DNA from: Carcharhinus amblyrhynchos
Lineage: Eukaryota
Direction: 5' to 3'
Assembly (NCBI GenBank): GCA_965287045.1
Contig: OZ336895.1
Coordinates: 22,754,001-22,818,000 of the forward strand
Length of the DNA: 64,000 nt
Below are positions 1 to 12,696 of this stretch, piece by piece; the first letter of the stretch is position 1; each line of letters starts with the position of its first letter. The translations under genes and the position numbers were made by a program. A model generated the notes under the pieces. It was not told where the DNA came from, made no database searches, and saw nothing but the letters and a program-made list of their open reading frames with translations.

Positions 1-2026
1 AGGTAGGAAAAGCATGGACCAAGGCCACTGGGAAAAGGAGCACTGAAATTGTTGGAGCTTGATAGCAACTTAAAGAAAAAAATCCTATTGAGTAATGCAC
101 TTTTGTGCTGTCACATTTGAAGTCCAACCAACTCATTAGCCTGCCACTCCATATGGTCAGAGAAACTAAGCAGCTTGTATGGTCTTTCCAATGACCTGTG
201 TGCATAATACTGGAAGAGGGTAACATGGAGGAACAGCAGCAAGAGACTTTGAGACATAACGCCAATGCACACAATAACAGCCTCTGATCTCTAGTGCAGA
301 GGCCGCACTTGGTTCTTGATTAATGCCAATGTTTACATCCTATCATAAGTTTCAATGGCAGAAATTGCCATTGGGATGATTGGTGCAGAGGACATTTGTA
401 AAATGATGGCTTCATTTCTGCATAGGTGAAATCCAGGAAATTGGAAACCAATGGGCAGAAATTTCCCACTTAAGTCACAAGCCCAGTGTCAGGTTGATTT
501 CCAGGTTGTAAAACCAGACAGGTATGTCGACATTTTCCTGCCCCCATACCCGCACTTCTCAGATGCTCAGAAAATTCCCTCAATGAATCAGCCACATTTA
601 TAGAATTAAGTGTCAGGCAATCCAATGATAAGATGCAGAATATTGAGTTCTAGACCACTGCAACATTGAACAGATGGCTGGTATTAGGTTACAATGCAGC
701 AATTCAATCGAGTGATTCTGATCGCTCTAGTAGGTAATGATTGAAAGCAGAAACCAGGGATCCAATTAATGTATCAAATTCGCTGCTACCTAGGTACAAT
801 ATTTTATGGTTTGTGTCTTTAAATTGCTTTTGCTTTTCTTACCGTCATACAGCATTCCTGATAAGTGCAGTATTCGTGAGAGAGATGAAACACTTGCAGG
901 CATATGGCACCGTGAGATTTGACTAATTTTATTTTTAACGTAGTAGACCACAATAAAGTATTGCAGCAAAAATATTTACAATTACAGATGGAAATCCTGA
1001 TCCCACATTGGGAACATCTCCAGGGTATGTGCGGAGGAGGGGGCTGTAAAACGGAGTGGAAATGAGTTCCACTGAGATTCTGGACTGTTCAGAATGGGCT
1101 GGGAAATTCCAACGAGGGTTCCCGTGAGCGCAACCTTCCACCTGCCTCTTCGTGTGAAGGCGCTAAAGCTTGGGGGGTGTGATGGAGTTCCCAGGGCTCA
1201 CAAACAAATTCTACTCACTACCTTCTTATTATTATTCAGAAAAGACTGTCCATATCTTCAAATTCTGTTATTTACTTGCTAAACATATGAAACAAATAAA
1301 CAATCCAGATGTGACATGGTAGGGAAATTGTTAACTTTAGCCCCAAAAGCTTTTGTCAACTTTAGCTGACTTCAGATACAGAAACACTGACAGACAGCTT
1401 TTACATCCAGCCAACCAACAAATAGGGCCTGCTTGGTTGAGGAAGAGCCATGGATCCTGTAGATGAAAAGAATGGCTCCTGGTTGGTGGCTCAATGTATG
1501 GTACCATTGGTAATGCATGCTCACTTGTTAGTTGAAATTGCAAGCAGGGCCTGATACGAGGCATTGGACCTCGGTTTGTATTATTCAACAGCCTCCTGCT
1601 TGCTTTGTGCACCAGTGCTTATCACCCGTTTGAAGGCCCAACTGAAAACTGAATCATTTGGGTAATTAGGTACCCAAGTTAATCAGACATTCCTCTGCCA
1701 GACAAGAATTAGTTGAAAAGCCTACCCCTGATCTCTCCAGGATCTGGGTATTTCTTGTGATGGGATAACAATGGCATATTGAAGATTCTGTTTAAGAAGA
1801 AGCAGCTTTGTATGTCCTAAAACATATCACCCTGGCAGCATTTGGAATTTACTTTTTAATCAAAAACTCTAAAAACCAGTAAAATTAAAAATTAAAGCTT
1901 TGGGTGTTTGCACACATTCTTGACTTTTCTGAGAAAATTCTCACCCCCCCCCCCCCCATTTATAAAAGTCCGGCAGTGTATCCTAGTTATTGTCCCTTTG
2001 TGGATTACACAGTTTCAGTCACATAC

Positions 2027-2150
2027 CCGCTCGATGAGCTGCTTGGCAAAGTTCTCCTCATCCCTGCACTTGGTGGATTCAAATCATAGGCCAAGTGACC
2101 TTGTAACTCTCCGAGAGAGAAATTTGGCCCTGTTCCTGTCACAATGGGAG
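2027..2150 (-). CDS. NFIC: NFIC internal coding exon (equivalent to exon 5), 124 nt
   Basis: Minus strand ttttag|CTCCCATT...TCGAGCGG|gtatgt. Translates (T)[41 protein letters not shown], nearly identical to recalled [46 protein letters not shown]. In frame with the preceding exon. Confidence 0.96.
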
Positions 2151-3286
2151 CTAAAATTTAAAGAAATTAAAACATATGGTTAAAACTTGTAATCAAACTC
2201 AGGTTTAAATTTCTTTACATGCTTGTCTGCATCTCTAAATTGGAAATCTAATTTCTCTATGTGCAACTTTATATCCTAGGTACGGAGCAACTCTAATAAC
2301 TGCAAAACACAGTGAAGTTGAATGACCTGAATTCAAAAATTCACAGTACCTTCAAAATATTTAGAAAATTCTTTTAAGAAATATATGGTTCAGCAGTAAT
2401 AGCTGCTAAGGAACAACCTGAATGTCCTCTGTATGTCTTGTTAATGAAATATCTATAACTTCTTTAGCTTTCTCCAACAGCTTCTCCTCTTGAACTTGAA
2501 TTGTTTGTTGTGTTATGTCCTGTCACATAGAGTATTCGTTTCTATTGGGTCCCACTGTTCTTATGAGGGCAGCTGGGTCTGCACATCTCCATCAATGCCT
2601 GTTTTCAAAGAGGTGCATGATGGCAACCTGGTGACATCAATCCTGTACCACTTCCCTCCCCTCAATGTAGGGAGTCACTAGTCAGCACCTCTCTCCGAGG
2701 AGCTTAGTCAACCTCCACCAAACTTACATCCTCACACTATGTGATATTTGAGGTAACATTCGTAAGTACTGTGTGTGCCTACACCATCCAAAAGAAGGTA
2801 TTCAGTTTTATCTTGTAATATTTTAAGCAACAAATTTGATGTGATCCATCCAAATGGCTGCTAAGTACAAATAATGCTTTTGGCAGCAATTATATGTTGA
2901 TAACACAACTGCTTACTGCTTTATTGTTTCTCACAAGACAAGACAGGCCTTTTAAGTAGATCATTTCCACCGTAAGGTTACTTAAAAAGGAGAACGCTTG
3001 AGTAAACCTCAAATCCATTTGGAGTTATCAGCATTAGACTTTTAAAAAATCTCTCCAAAATGATGACTGAAATTCTCCAAATCCTTAGGTATGAAATGGC
3101 AGACATGAAGTTCTGGGAGGTAAGGTAAAATAAAGGAAGTGGAAGAGCTAAAAGGGGACAACCAAATTAAAGAATTGTAAATCATAGGTAGGAGCAACTT
3201 TATCAAAAAGCGAACACCTCCAACAGTTCAAAGAAAAAAGTGACAGAAGCAAAGAAGAACAAAGACAGCAACAACTAAATGAAGAA

Positions 3287-3630
3287 GCAGCATGGTGGCA
3301 GAGTGGTTTGCGCTGCTGCCTCACAGTGCCAAGCACCCGTGGGTGACTGTATGGAATTTGCACATTCTTCTCGTGTCTGCGTGAGTTTCCGTCACGTGCT
3401 CTGCTTTCCTCCCACAATCCAAAGATGTGCGGGTTAGGTGGATTGGCCATGCTAAATTGCCTCTTAGCGTCCCAAGATGAATAGGCAAGATGGATTAGCC
3501 ATGGGAAATGTGTGGGCTTATGGAATAGGGAGGGGAAGAGGGCCTGAGTAAGATACTGTGTCAGAGGGTTGGTGCAGTTTTAATGGGCCGAATAGCCTCC
3601 TCTGCATTGTAGGGATTCTATGATTCCATA
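3287..3630 (+). mobile_element. HE1-type tRNA-derived SINE
   Basis: tRNA-like head (gcagcatggtggcagagtggtt), conserved core ctcccacaatccaaagatgtgcgggttaggtggattggccatgctaaattg, CR1-like tail ending gattctatgatt. Confidence 0.9.
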
Positions 3631-3899
3631 AGTATTTGTTAGATGCATAATTAAATGGAAACAAATTAGATTAGTTTGTAAAAATAGAAGGGAACAAGAG
3701 GAAAAATTTACCAAAATAAAGGAACATAACTGACAGAAGTATATCAAAGATGGATATCATGACATGTACTTGTTATGGGTATTGACAAATGAGACAACCA
3801 ATTCTTTTCTTAGGAGAATGGATAGGCGCAGGACAATACCTACAGATGGTAAATTAGAGTTAAAAAATGAAATAAAGGTAGAAATGGGATTGAGAAAAT

Positions 3900-5030
3900 G
3901 AAGCATTATATCCATGTTTGGGATAAATTACATAAGGAAGAAACAGAAGAGGAATCTTAAAAGCTCAAATTTGGGGATTGGCACAATGCTTAAAGAGTGC
4001 AAATTAATGATTCCTGACATAGTTCCAGTGTTTGGAAGAAGGAAGGAAGTTGACGAAAAAAACTGAGGAGGTAAGTAAGTGGGTGGCATCATGCTGTAAG
4101 AACAAGCTACCTTCATAAGTAACTGAGAATCCTTGCTGGAAGAAATGTGACTAGTACAGGATAAACTAAGCAGGAACAAAGAGGTAATGTTGAAGCAGCA
4201 GCAGGAACTCATGTAAGCTAGATGGATGTGGGTGCAAGCCGGGAGGCATGGAGTAAACAACTTTTCAAATGAAGCAGATCATAGAGTGGAAGGTAGTTAA
4301 CAGGTATGTGGAATACAAATACCTTGAGACAGGCACACAGGAGCAAGAGTTCAGGAATGGACAGACACTGGGGAATATGAGAAGAAGCAAATCTATAATA
4401 AAATATACACACATGAACACTAGAAGCATTAGAAATAAGATGCTGGAACTGGATACTGTTGTGGCTGTTGGGAGCTAACAATGTGGTGGAAATATCGTAA
4501 ACATGGCTAAATGTTGAGGCTGGAAGTGAATGCAACATTCAACAGCAGAGAGCAAAGACAAGAGTTCCCAGAAGGAGGTCATGTAATCCTATATGTCAGG
4601 GACACCTAGAAAGTAAAAGAGGTTGACCTAGAATCTTGTTTAGGCCAGTTTTCAAGCTGGCAGATTGTGAGAAAGCGATCTTCCAGAAAAGATGACAGCA
4701 GCTTGAGTTTTGCAGACTAGAAAGGAAGCATGAGACATGCACTTAAAGTGGTTTACAAGATTGTTGAGGATACAAAAACCTTATTACTTTAAATTAAACT
4801 CCAAGAGAAGAAGGGGACACAAGTTCAAACTAGTTTAGGACTGATAACAGGGAATTTTTTTGTTCACAGAAAGAGTGTTTCACATGTGGATTGAATTTCT
4901 AGCAGGGAAAGAAAACACTGGAATCATTTACAGAAGTCACCAGAATGCTACAACAAGGAGCTGTTAGAGATCTTTCCAGCGGATGAATTAGGATGGGATG
5001 AATAGCCTGGCTCATATGTAACTATCTTAC
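3900..5030 (+). mobile_element. Degenerate CR1 LINE fragments (ORF1/ORF2 junction plus 3' end)
   Basis: ORF 4269-4478 contains HMNTRSIRNKMLEL, like the start of the CR1 AP endonuclease. A CR1-like 3' region lies near 4740-5030. Confidence 0.6.
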
Positions 5031-5285
5031 AATTCAATCCTAAAAGTTAAATTAAACTTTTCCTTACACGCATCTTTCTGAAATTAAACCTAACTTATTT
5101 TACCATTATACAATAGCAACTTGTACGGTTTTACCAATAGTATAGCATCAGATAATAATAAAAGTGAAATGTTTTGGTACAAATGGCCACTATTTCTAAT
5201 AACCAATCTGAAGACATTTTTGAAGGGTCTATGCTAAATATGGTACTGAAGCTATTAAAGGGACATGAATAAAAACAACACTTAC

Positions 5286-5360
5286 TTCTGGATACTTGCA
5301 CTAGCTCATTTACATTGAAGACGCCTGAAGTCACAAAGCTGTCCTGAAATTCTGTGTGTT
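5286..5360 (-). CDS. NFIC: NFIC internal coding exon (equivalent to exon 4), 75 nt
   Basis: ttttgcag|AACACACA...TCCAGAA|gtaagt. Translates (E)HTEFQDSFVTSGVFNVNELVQVSR, the NFI-family motif FQ(D/E)SFVTSGVF. Phase 1-1. Confidence 0.96.
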
Positions 5361-6101
5361 CTGCAAAAGACAAGACATAACAAGTCAATGAAGAGTTTGT
5401 GAAAGTATCATTTGCTTTTCATCGAAAGGAGTGTGAGCACTAAGTTGAGGAGAGGCGTTTCCCAGAGGTGCCACACTCATCAACTCAAAGCGCAACACTA
5501 AGTGTTGGGATTAGAAATGTTACGGCCATAACAATAGTTTCAGCACTGGTGTTGAAATACTGTTTTCTTTCCCTGCTTCAATTACCCGGTTGTCACTACA
5601 TTAGAATCAATGAATGGATACAGCCCAGAAGAGGGCCTTTTGGATCACCGGCTCTCTCCAAGAGCAACTTATCTACTTTCACCACCATGTCTTTTCGCCA
5701 TTGCCCAGAAAATTTTCTCTCCTCAGACAGTTACTTAATTCTCTCTGAAAATCACAAGTGAATCTACCTCCGCCACGCTTTCTGGCAGTGCATTCCAGAC
5801 CTTAACCATTCACTGCATAAAAATGTTTTTCCTCACGTCATTTTTGCTTCTTTTAAATCACTATCTTCTGATTCTCAGTCCTTGCACCAATGGGAACCGT
5901 TTCTCCCTATCTACTCGTGTTTAGCTCCCTCATGACGTTGAGCCTCTTTCTCAAATTTCTCCTCAACCTTCTCTTCTCCAAAGAAAACAACCAGTTTTTC
6001 CAATGTAGTGATGTAACTGAAGTTCCTCATTCTTGGAACCATTCCCATGAATCTTTTCTGCAGCCAGTCTAATGCCTTCATATCCTGCCTAAAGTGTGAT
6101 G

Positions 6102-6263
6102 ATGTGGAGATGCCGACGTTGGATTGGGGTAAGCAACACCAGGTTAAAGTCCAACAAGTTTATTTGGCAGCACTAACTTTTGGCGTCTCAGGCTTCTTCA
6201 TCAGGTGAGTGAGGACTTGTGTTCACAAGTAGGGCATACACAGACAATCAATTTCACAATCAC
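6102..6263 (-). mobile_element. Penelope-like element terminal fragment
   Basis: gatgtggagatgccgacgttggattggggt...caacaccaggttaaagtccaac family sequence, flanked by a 10-bp direct repeat AAGTGTGATG (6092-6101 and 6264-6273). Confidence 0.75.
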
Positions 6264-6372
6264 AAGTGTGATGCCCAGAACTGGTCACAATATTCCAGTG
6301 AGGGCTGAAGCAGTCTTTTTTATTGTTTATGGTAAATTTCTTACTTTTAAAATCTATGCCTCTATTTATAAA

Positions 6373-6522
6373 TGATGTGGAGATGCTGGTGTTGGACTTG
6401 GGTAAACACAGTAAGAAGTCTCACAACACCAGGATTAAAGTCCAACAAAGCACTTCAAAAGCTAGTGGCTTGTGCTACCAAATAAGCCTGTGGGACTTGA
6501 ACCTGGTGTTGTGGGACTTCTT
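6373..6522. mobile_element. Penelope-like fold-back (inverted pseudo-LTR) unit
   Basis: agaagtctcacaacaccagg...aaagtccaaca followed by its inverted copy. Flanked by TATTTATAAA (6363-6372 and 6523-6532). Confidence 0.75.
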
Positions 6523-6683
6523 TATTTATAAAGCCAGGGATCTTGCAGAGAGGAAATAAGTGTGAATCTTGACACAGAAATTAAACAGTGAGCCTTCTTC
6601 CAACAACATAAATAAGCATAGAACAATCTCATACACATTTGGAAATCTCTCTGCTCACAAGCTACAGATGGTCCACCACAGTG

Positions 6684-6970
6684 GGGTGGCATGGTAGCAC
6701 AATGGTTATCACTGTTGCTTCACAGTACCAAGGACCTGGGTTCAATTCACGGCTTGGGTCACTATTTGTGTGGGATTTGCATGTTCTCCCGTGTCTGCAT
6801 GGGTTCCCTTCGGGCGCTCCGGTTTCTTCCCACATTCTGGAAGACGTACTGGTTAAGTACATTGACCTGAACAGGCGCTGGAGTGTGGCAAATAGGGTAA
6901 TTTCACAGTAACTTCATTGCATTGTTAATGTAAGCCTTACTTGTGATGAATAAATAATTAACTTTATCTT
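6684..6970 (+). mobile_element. HE1-related SINE with alternative tail
   Basis: HE1-type head and core followed by tail ttttcacagtaacttcattgc...cttgtgatgaataaata. A reverse copy lies at about 10054-10365. Confidence 0.85.
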
Positions 6971-9900
6971 TACAGATGCTCCATCTGTAACAGTATCGAC
7001 TTCATTCTCAACTCTTCTCATAGCAAAGAGAAAAGGCACTTTCACTGTTGCAGGGCGTCCTGATTTCACACTTAACCATGAACATCTCTTTTTTTCCTAT
7101 AGGAGACTGCTTTCAACAAATGGCAAGTCACCACTACCAGGGGAGGGCCTGCTACAGCAGGTGACTCTGAGACTGGGGAACTGAGGCTGTAACAATGGAA
7201 AGTGAGAGAGGTGAGAAGAGATGGTAAAGTGGATGGGCAAATACCTACTGAAAGCTGCTGGTTCACTTTAATATCCTTCTTCAAATCGAACTCAGATCAA
7301 CAGATTTGAATTCGCATGGCAATTCCCTGCACAGCATAATCCAACTCTGTATGAACCCTTGCATTTGTACATCTTCATATTATTGGTAGAATGGCACAGC
7401 TCACAAAACCTATATGAAACAGTCCTCTGCGCTGTCACAATGAGTACGTATTGGAGTTGAGTTTTTCCTTTGTATTTTGGTAAATATGGGATTAAGGAAT
7501 CCTTGCTTATTTTCTGAGAAATTACAGATAGGTCATGTATCTTGGGTAGTTTTTTTCTCTGTTGTTGGCATCTCCCGTGATGTTGGAGTGGGGGAAATTA
7601 AGTTTTAGTGCACCCCCCGGGCATAGTTGACTAATCTTTGAATATCTAGCCTTGTTAGGTTGGTCTTCTCTTTTGATATAGCTGCGTGGACAGTGGCAGT
7701 GGTTGTTTGATTATTTGGTCCATGAAATGTATGGTGGTCTTATTGTCCAGTGATTAGGATTTCTCTGATGATGGGAAATGAGTTGAATCTCATTAATAGT
7801 GGGGCCTAGATGGCGCTCTTGTAATACCTCCAGAGGGGGATAATTGGTGTGTAAGAGTGATGTAAGTATTCTTGGTTTATTGGCTCTTAATGTAGGGTAT
7901 AGTAGGGCAGCAGTGACTGTGTTTATCTGGGTCAGGTGGAGGGTATGTTAGATGGGGGAGCAGAGTGTTCTCCCAAGGGGGAACTTTGGGGGCCTCAGGA
8001 CTGACCTTCTTCCTGAGGCTTGATTCCCCTTGGGATGTGGTGTCCTGCTGGTTGTGGGGCCCAAGTGCGAGTCCAGATGTGGTAGTTCAGCACTGTTACA
8101 GTATTTCTTCGGCTGGAGATTTGGCTGGTTGTAAGTGGTATTATGTAGAGACTTCAGTATGTCTGCCCTCTAAGTTTGGACTCCCGTGGATGGGGATTGA
8201 GAAATGGAATGTCCTGTTTATGGTAAGGTTGTGCTGCTCTGTTCATGGTATCCTTCTTGTGAGATTGTATACTGAAAAATTACATTTGGCATTTATTAGA
8301 CAATCCTCTCTTTTTGGGGCTTTCTCTCTTTAACAAGGTTGGTGGGGTGTTGATGTAGGCTCTGATTTGTTATAGTTTATTCTGGTGCATTTCCTTTATC
8401 TTGCTGGGAGTTGGAGGGTTGTATTCCTCCCTGAGATATCCTGTTGACGTGTGTCTCGATGATTCTTCTGTTTGTCAGTCCTTGGAAGAAAACGGTTAAA
8501 ACTTTCTGGTGATGTGCAGTCTGATTGGGGCTTCTGATTTGGTTGTAGAGGAGGGAGATTTGTGGTCCTACCTGTTTGGATGAGGTGTGTGAGTCCTTGG
8601 CTTACAGGTTCATATATATGAGAGCATATTCTGCTATGCTATGGCCTGTACCAATGGCTGTACCCTTTTCTGGATTATCCTTTCATTGCCTGAAGATCCT
8701 GGGATGCTGAATTAGGCTCTTGTACATTATTCCATAAGGGATCCCACATATTTTGCAACCCTGTCTAAGTTATGTTATGGAGGAGATGGTGCACCCTGGG
8801 GCCATGTGCTCATGATTTTATGCTGTTATCCTGAAATCCTGCACTCTTTCTGATATCCTTTCTTTATCTGTATGAGAGGACACCAGCTACAACAATTGCA
8901 ATGATGGATAGTTATAATCATTTGTATGAATATTCACTGGTCTTTTCTGAATGTTAATGTGGACTAATAATTACTCTATACTGTACTAGATTTTGAGGAT
9001 TTTGTGGCAAATGTAAAATGAAAACTTCTAATAAAAATATTCTAAAAAAAGACTAAGAATTAAGATTTAATTTTATTTTTATGTCAATACAGTGTGGAAG
9101 TAAATGGGTTAATAGCTCCAGTAACAAAATGAATTTAACATAAGCATGCTAAGAATATGTACAATAACACAGCCAATGGTGCTGGATTGAGTTAATAAGA
9201 ACAAGTTAGTGAGTAAGTGGGAATCCTGTGGTACAGCTCAGTGTTTTTGAAGTGGTACTAATAATAGCATGATCACACACTTAATGGGTATGGATGTAAT
9301 GACTGCGGCATTGGATTAAGAACCTAAATGTTTTAGCATTACATCACACTGTACTTCTACCAGCGAAGTGTCTAGAGCTACATAGTAGGACTCACTCTCT
9401 ACATCTAGCAACTTCAGAAGCTTGTTGGGATATAACTCAGTTACCAGTCTTAGTGCTTCCTGGAAACTGGACGGCTTGCTGGGTCCTATCTCCTGAGCAG
9501 TATTTATGTGTGGAAGATAGTGAAGGGACAGCTGGCGCACCTACAGCTGGGGTGGGGAAGCTTTAAGGTTTACAAATGACTGAAGGCCAAACTTACAACA
9601 AAGATTTGATCCTGCTATATCCTCATTATGCCAGGGGTGCAAGATGACATGGGGAACTACCTACATTGCTTCTGGTGCTGTGTCAAAATTAAATCCTAGT
9701 GGTTTAATATCCTTGCGGATCTTCAGTGTATTGGGGAGCACGCTGGTAGGTTGAATGTCACAAGGGTTTGCAATATTTATCCATTTTTTCTTCTTTTAAT
9801 CTTCACATTTATAATGATGCTTTATACTATGTGGTATCTTTAACTCTCATGCTATTATTAGTACCACTTCAAAAACAGTGAGTTGTACCACAGGATTCCC

Positions 9901-10053
9901 ATTTACTCATGAACTTATTCTCATTAACTCAATCCAGCACCATTGGCTGTGTTATCGTACATATCATGGCGAATATGCAGGGAGGTGGGCCACCCATTTT
10001 GTGAGGGCAAGATTATGGAGGAAAATCCAAACATAGAACTTTCTCTCTGCTGT

Positions 10054-10365
10054 AGAGTTTAAGTTTATTTATAAGTTTAAGTTTATTTATCGTCACAAGT
10101 AGGCTTACATTAACATTGTAGTGAAGTTACTGTGAAAATCCCCTAGTCACCACACTCTGGTGCCTATTTGGGTACACTGACGAAGAATTTAGCATGGCCA
10201 ATGCATCTAATCAGCATGTCTTTCGGACAGTGGGAGGAAACCGGAGCACCTGGAGGAAATCCACACAGAGATGGGGAGAACGGGCAGACTCCACACAGAC
10301 AGTGACCCAAGCCAGGGTCCCTGGTGCTGTGAGGCAGCAGTGCTAACCACTGTGTCACTGTGCTG
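10054..10365 (-). mobile_element. HE1-related SINE with alternative tail
   Basis: Reverse complement of the 6684-6970 type, with an (aagtttatttat) repeat at the tail. Confidence 0.85.
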
Positions 10366-10904
10366 CAGAAGGCCAAGGACAGAATCCTGAACATAAGTTG
10401 ATTCTTCACGGTGGTACTCTCCAGCTTGTTGTTACATTTTAACAAATTTGCTTATGTCTAATTGGGCATGATTGTGACCAAACAAGATTTCCGACATTAT
10501 ATCTGCTCTTGGGCCACTACTAATATTGTTCTTGATCGATTTGATCTTATTGTTAGCTTTACTACCAAATGGAAGATGTTCACCGATAATTTTCTTATCA
10601 CAGCTGAGTGATTCAAGGGAGTTGCCATCTCATACAGCGCAATTTTTTGTACGTTCAATGGATGATATTGGAACAGTGTACGTTAATGGGCTTTAGATTG
10701 GTTTCACTGGTCAGTGCAACATTGAGGGCCGAAAGGCCTGTACTGCACTGTAATGTTCTATGTTCTAAAACACCTCCTGGCTAGGGCTGAAATCACAACA
10801 TATGAAAGACAGGTGGAATATTAAGTAATATAAAAATGGTCATTGTGATATCTTGGGGTAATTTTACTCGTATCAAGTAGGTGGAGAGCAATTTTCCCAA
10901 AACA

Positions 10905-11140
10905 GTCCCCTTCCAAGCCACACACCACCCTGACTTGGAACTTTATTGCAGTTCCTTCAGCATCATTAGGTCAAAATTCTGGAACTCCCTTCCAAACAGC
11001 ACTGTGGTGTACCTGCATCACAGACATTTCAACAGTTCAAGAAGGCAGTTCACCGTCACCTTTTCAAGGGCAACTAGGGATGAGCAATAAATGCTGGCCT
11101 AGCCAGCGACGCCTACATCCCATGGACAAATTTTTTAAAA
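10905..11140 (+). mobile_element. LINE 3' end fragment
   Basis: ggaactcccttccaaacagcactgtgg...gggcaactagggatgagcaataaatgctggcc. The same tail is shared by the SINEs at 21905, 44448 and 48180. Confidence 0.7.
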
Positions 11141-11501
11141 TTAGAGGTTTTTTGCAGTGAGTCCTTTTTATTAATATATTTTTATTGAAGATTTTTCCCA
11201 TCTTTACAAACAACGCAACAAACCCTCAAGATTTGAGACGGTACAGCATAATTATTTTTCCACATGTACAGAACAAGACAGCACCAGTGCAGCTGTTTTG
11301 AATTAGTCATCACAAACTACACCTCCAAAAATACTAACAATGAAGGAATGTTTCTGAGATTGGGGAAAAATAGGATAACAAGATAAAACCATGAGTCCAT
11401 GGCATAACGGTGCAAGCCCTCACTTACAGAACACTAGATTCAGAACCACGTAACTTACATTCCAGGATTTTCAAAGTAGCTACAGCCATGGCGTATTCAT
11501 G

Positions 11502-11603
11502 ATGTGGCGATGCCGGCGTTGGGCTGGGGTAAACACAGTAAGAAGTCTCACAGCACCAAGTTAAAATCCAACAGGACTTTAACCTAGTGTTGTGAGACTT
11601 ATT
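11502..11603. mobile_element. Penelope-like fold-back unit
   Basis: aagtctcacagcaccaagttaaaatcc-aaca-ggactttaacctagtgttgtgagactt hairpin. Flanked by an imperfect 14-bp repeat atggcgtattcatg / atagcgtcttcatg. Confidence 0.75.
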
Positions 11604-11749
11604 ATAGCGTCTTCATGCAAGGAGAATATAGGACATTAGCACAAGTATAGAAAACGCTGATCCGCCAAAGATTCTTGCATTGTGCATAGGCACGCTTCAA
11701 AGCATACTTCCCCATCTCCAGCTATATCAGGAGTGCGACTGATGCAAAA

Positions 11750-11995
11750 CATTCTCCCCCAAAAAATTCAAAGTGCGGAACTCGCATGAAAACTGGAGTA
11801 AATGATGCCGGTTTTTTAAGCGGGAATTTCAAAATGAACCTCCCAGGCTCAGTGCCCCGCAGAGTGCGCTATTGTAAGTCGCACTGAAAATTTAGTGGGC
11901 ATGGCCTATTCCCATTGGAGAGGCCGGCAGCATTGCACTGAGCGGGCCACTACACCAGGCTGTCAGCGCCAAGATTGGCACATGCATGATGACCC
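11750..11995 (-). mobile_element. Terminal fragment of the TIR element family seen at 19583-20598
   Basis: Reverse-complement similarity to about 20350-20598 (attctccc...aactggagtaaat...ttcaaaatgaa...ggagaggcc.gcagcat). Confidence 0.7.
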
Positions 11996-12462
11996 CCTGT
12001 CTTTTCCCAGTTTTTCTTTGAATCATTCCATGACATCTTTGACATCCATCGGAGAAGGCGGATGAAACCTTGGTCCAGATTAGATTCACCGCTCAAGTAA
12101 CTGGAACGGGATATGAACACATAACCTTTTGAAGGTGATACCATTGAACTGAAAGCAGTCCCAGTGGAACACAACTGACTGGCTATTATCTCGAAATTAA
12201 ACCCAATCAGGTCAAGAATAGTTTATGTATGCAAATTTGCCACTCAGAGAAGAAATGGAAGTCACTGTCAGTGATTGACACACTCAAAGAGGGTTTCCTT
12301 ACAGATGCAAATATTAAAATATTTCATTTCATAATAAATGTCTCCTGAGACAGTAATGGGACTGCTAACCACATTCTCAACTATTTGAAAAACTAGGGGC
12401 TTCTTCAAAGAAGCTCCCCTTCACTTCAATGGAATTGAGGGGAATTTCTAGACAGCTGTCCT

Positions 12463-12630
12463 AGAATCATAGAAACTGTACAGTGCAGGAGGAGGCCATT
12501 CAGCCCAATAAGCTTGCACCGACAATCCCACCCATGCCTTATCCCCACAACCCCACACACTTACCCTGTTATTCCCCCTGGACTCTAAGGGGCAATTTAT
12601 CATGGCCAATCCATCTAACCCGCACATCTT
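12463..12630 (-). mobile_element. 5'-truncated HE1 SINE
   Basis: Reverse HE1 tail and core (agaatcatagaaactgtacagtgcag...ggggcaatttatcatggccaatcc). Confidence 0.85.
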
Positions 12631-12696
12631 TAGAATATGACTTCAATTCAACAGTGTGTTCATGCCCAGAATAAGAGGGCGAGAATAATTTTGTGA

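Larger units (their letters stand above)
5600..6540 (-). mobile_element. CR1 LINE 3' fragment interrupted by two Penelope-derived units
   Basis: Reverse-strand CR1 motifs (gcattccagaccttaacc, aaaatgtttttcctcac, cccagaactggtcacaatattccag). Confidence 0.7.

Noticed and set aside
1-2026. NFIC exon 6
   Set aside because: No SKRHKSGSME-like coding sequence found on the minus strand. It probably lies outside the window.
5131-5388. 85-aa ORF as a standalone gene
   Set aside because: Only 5286-5360 is coding (NFIC exon bounded by AG/GT). The rest is intron read-through.
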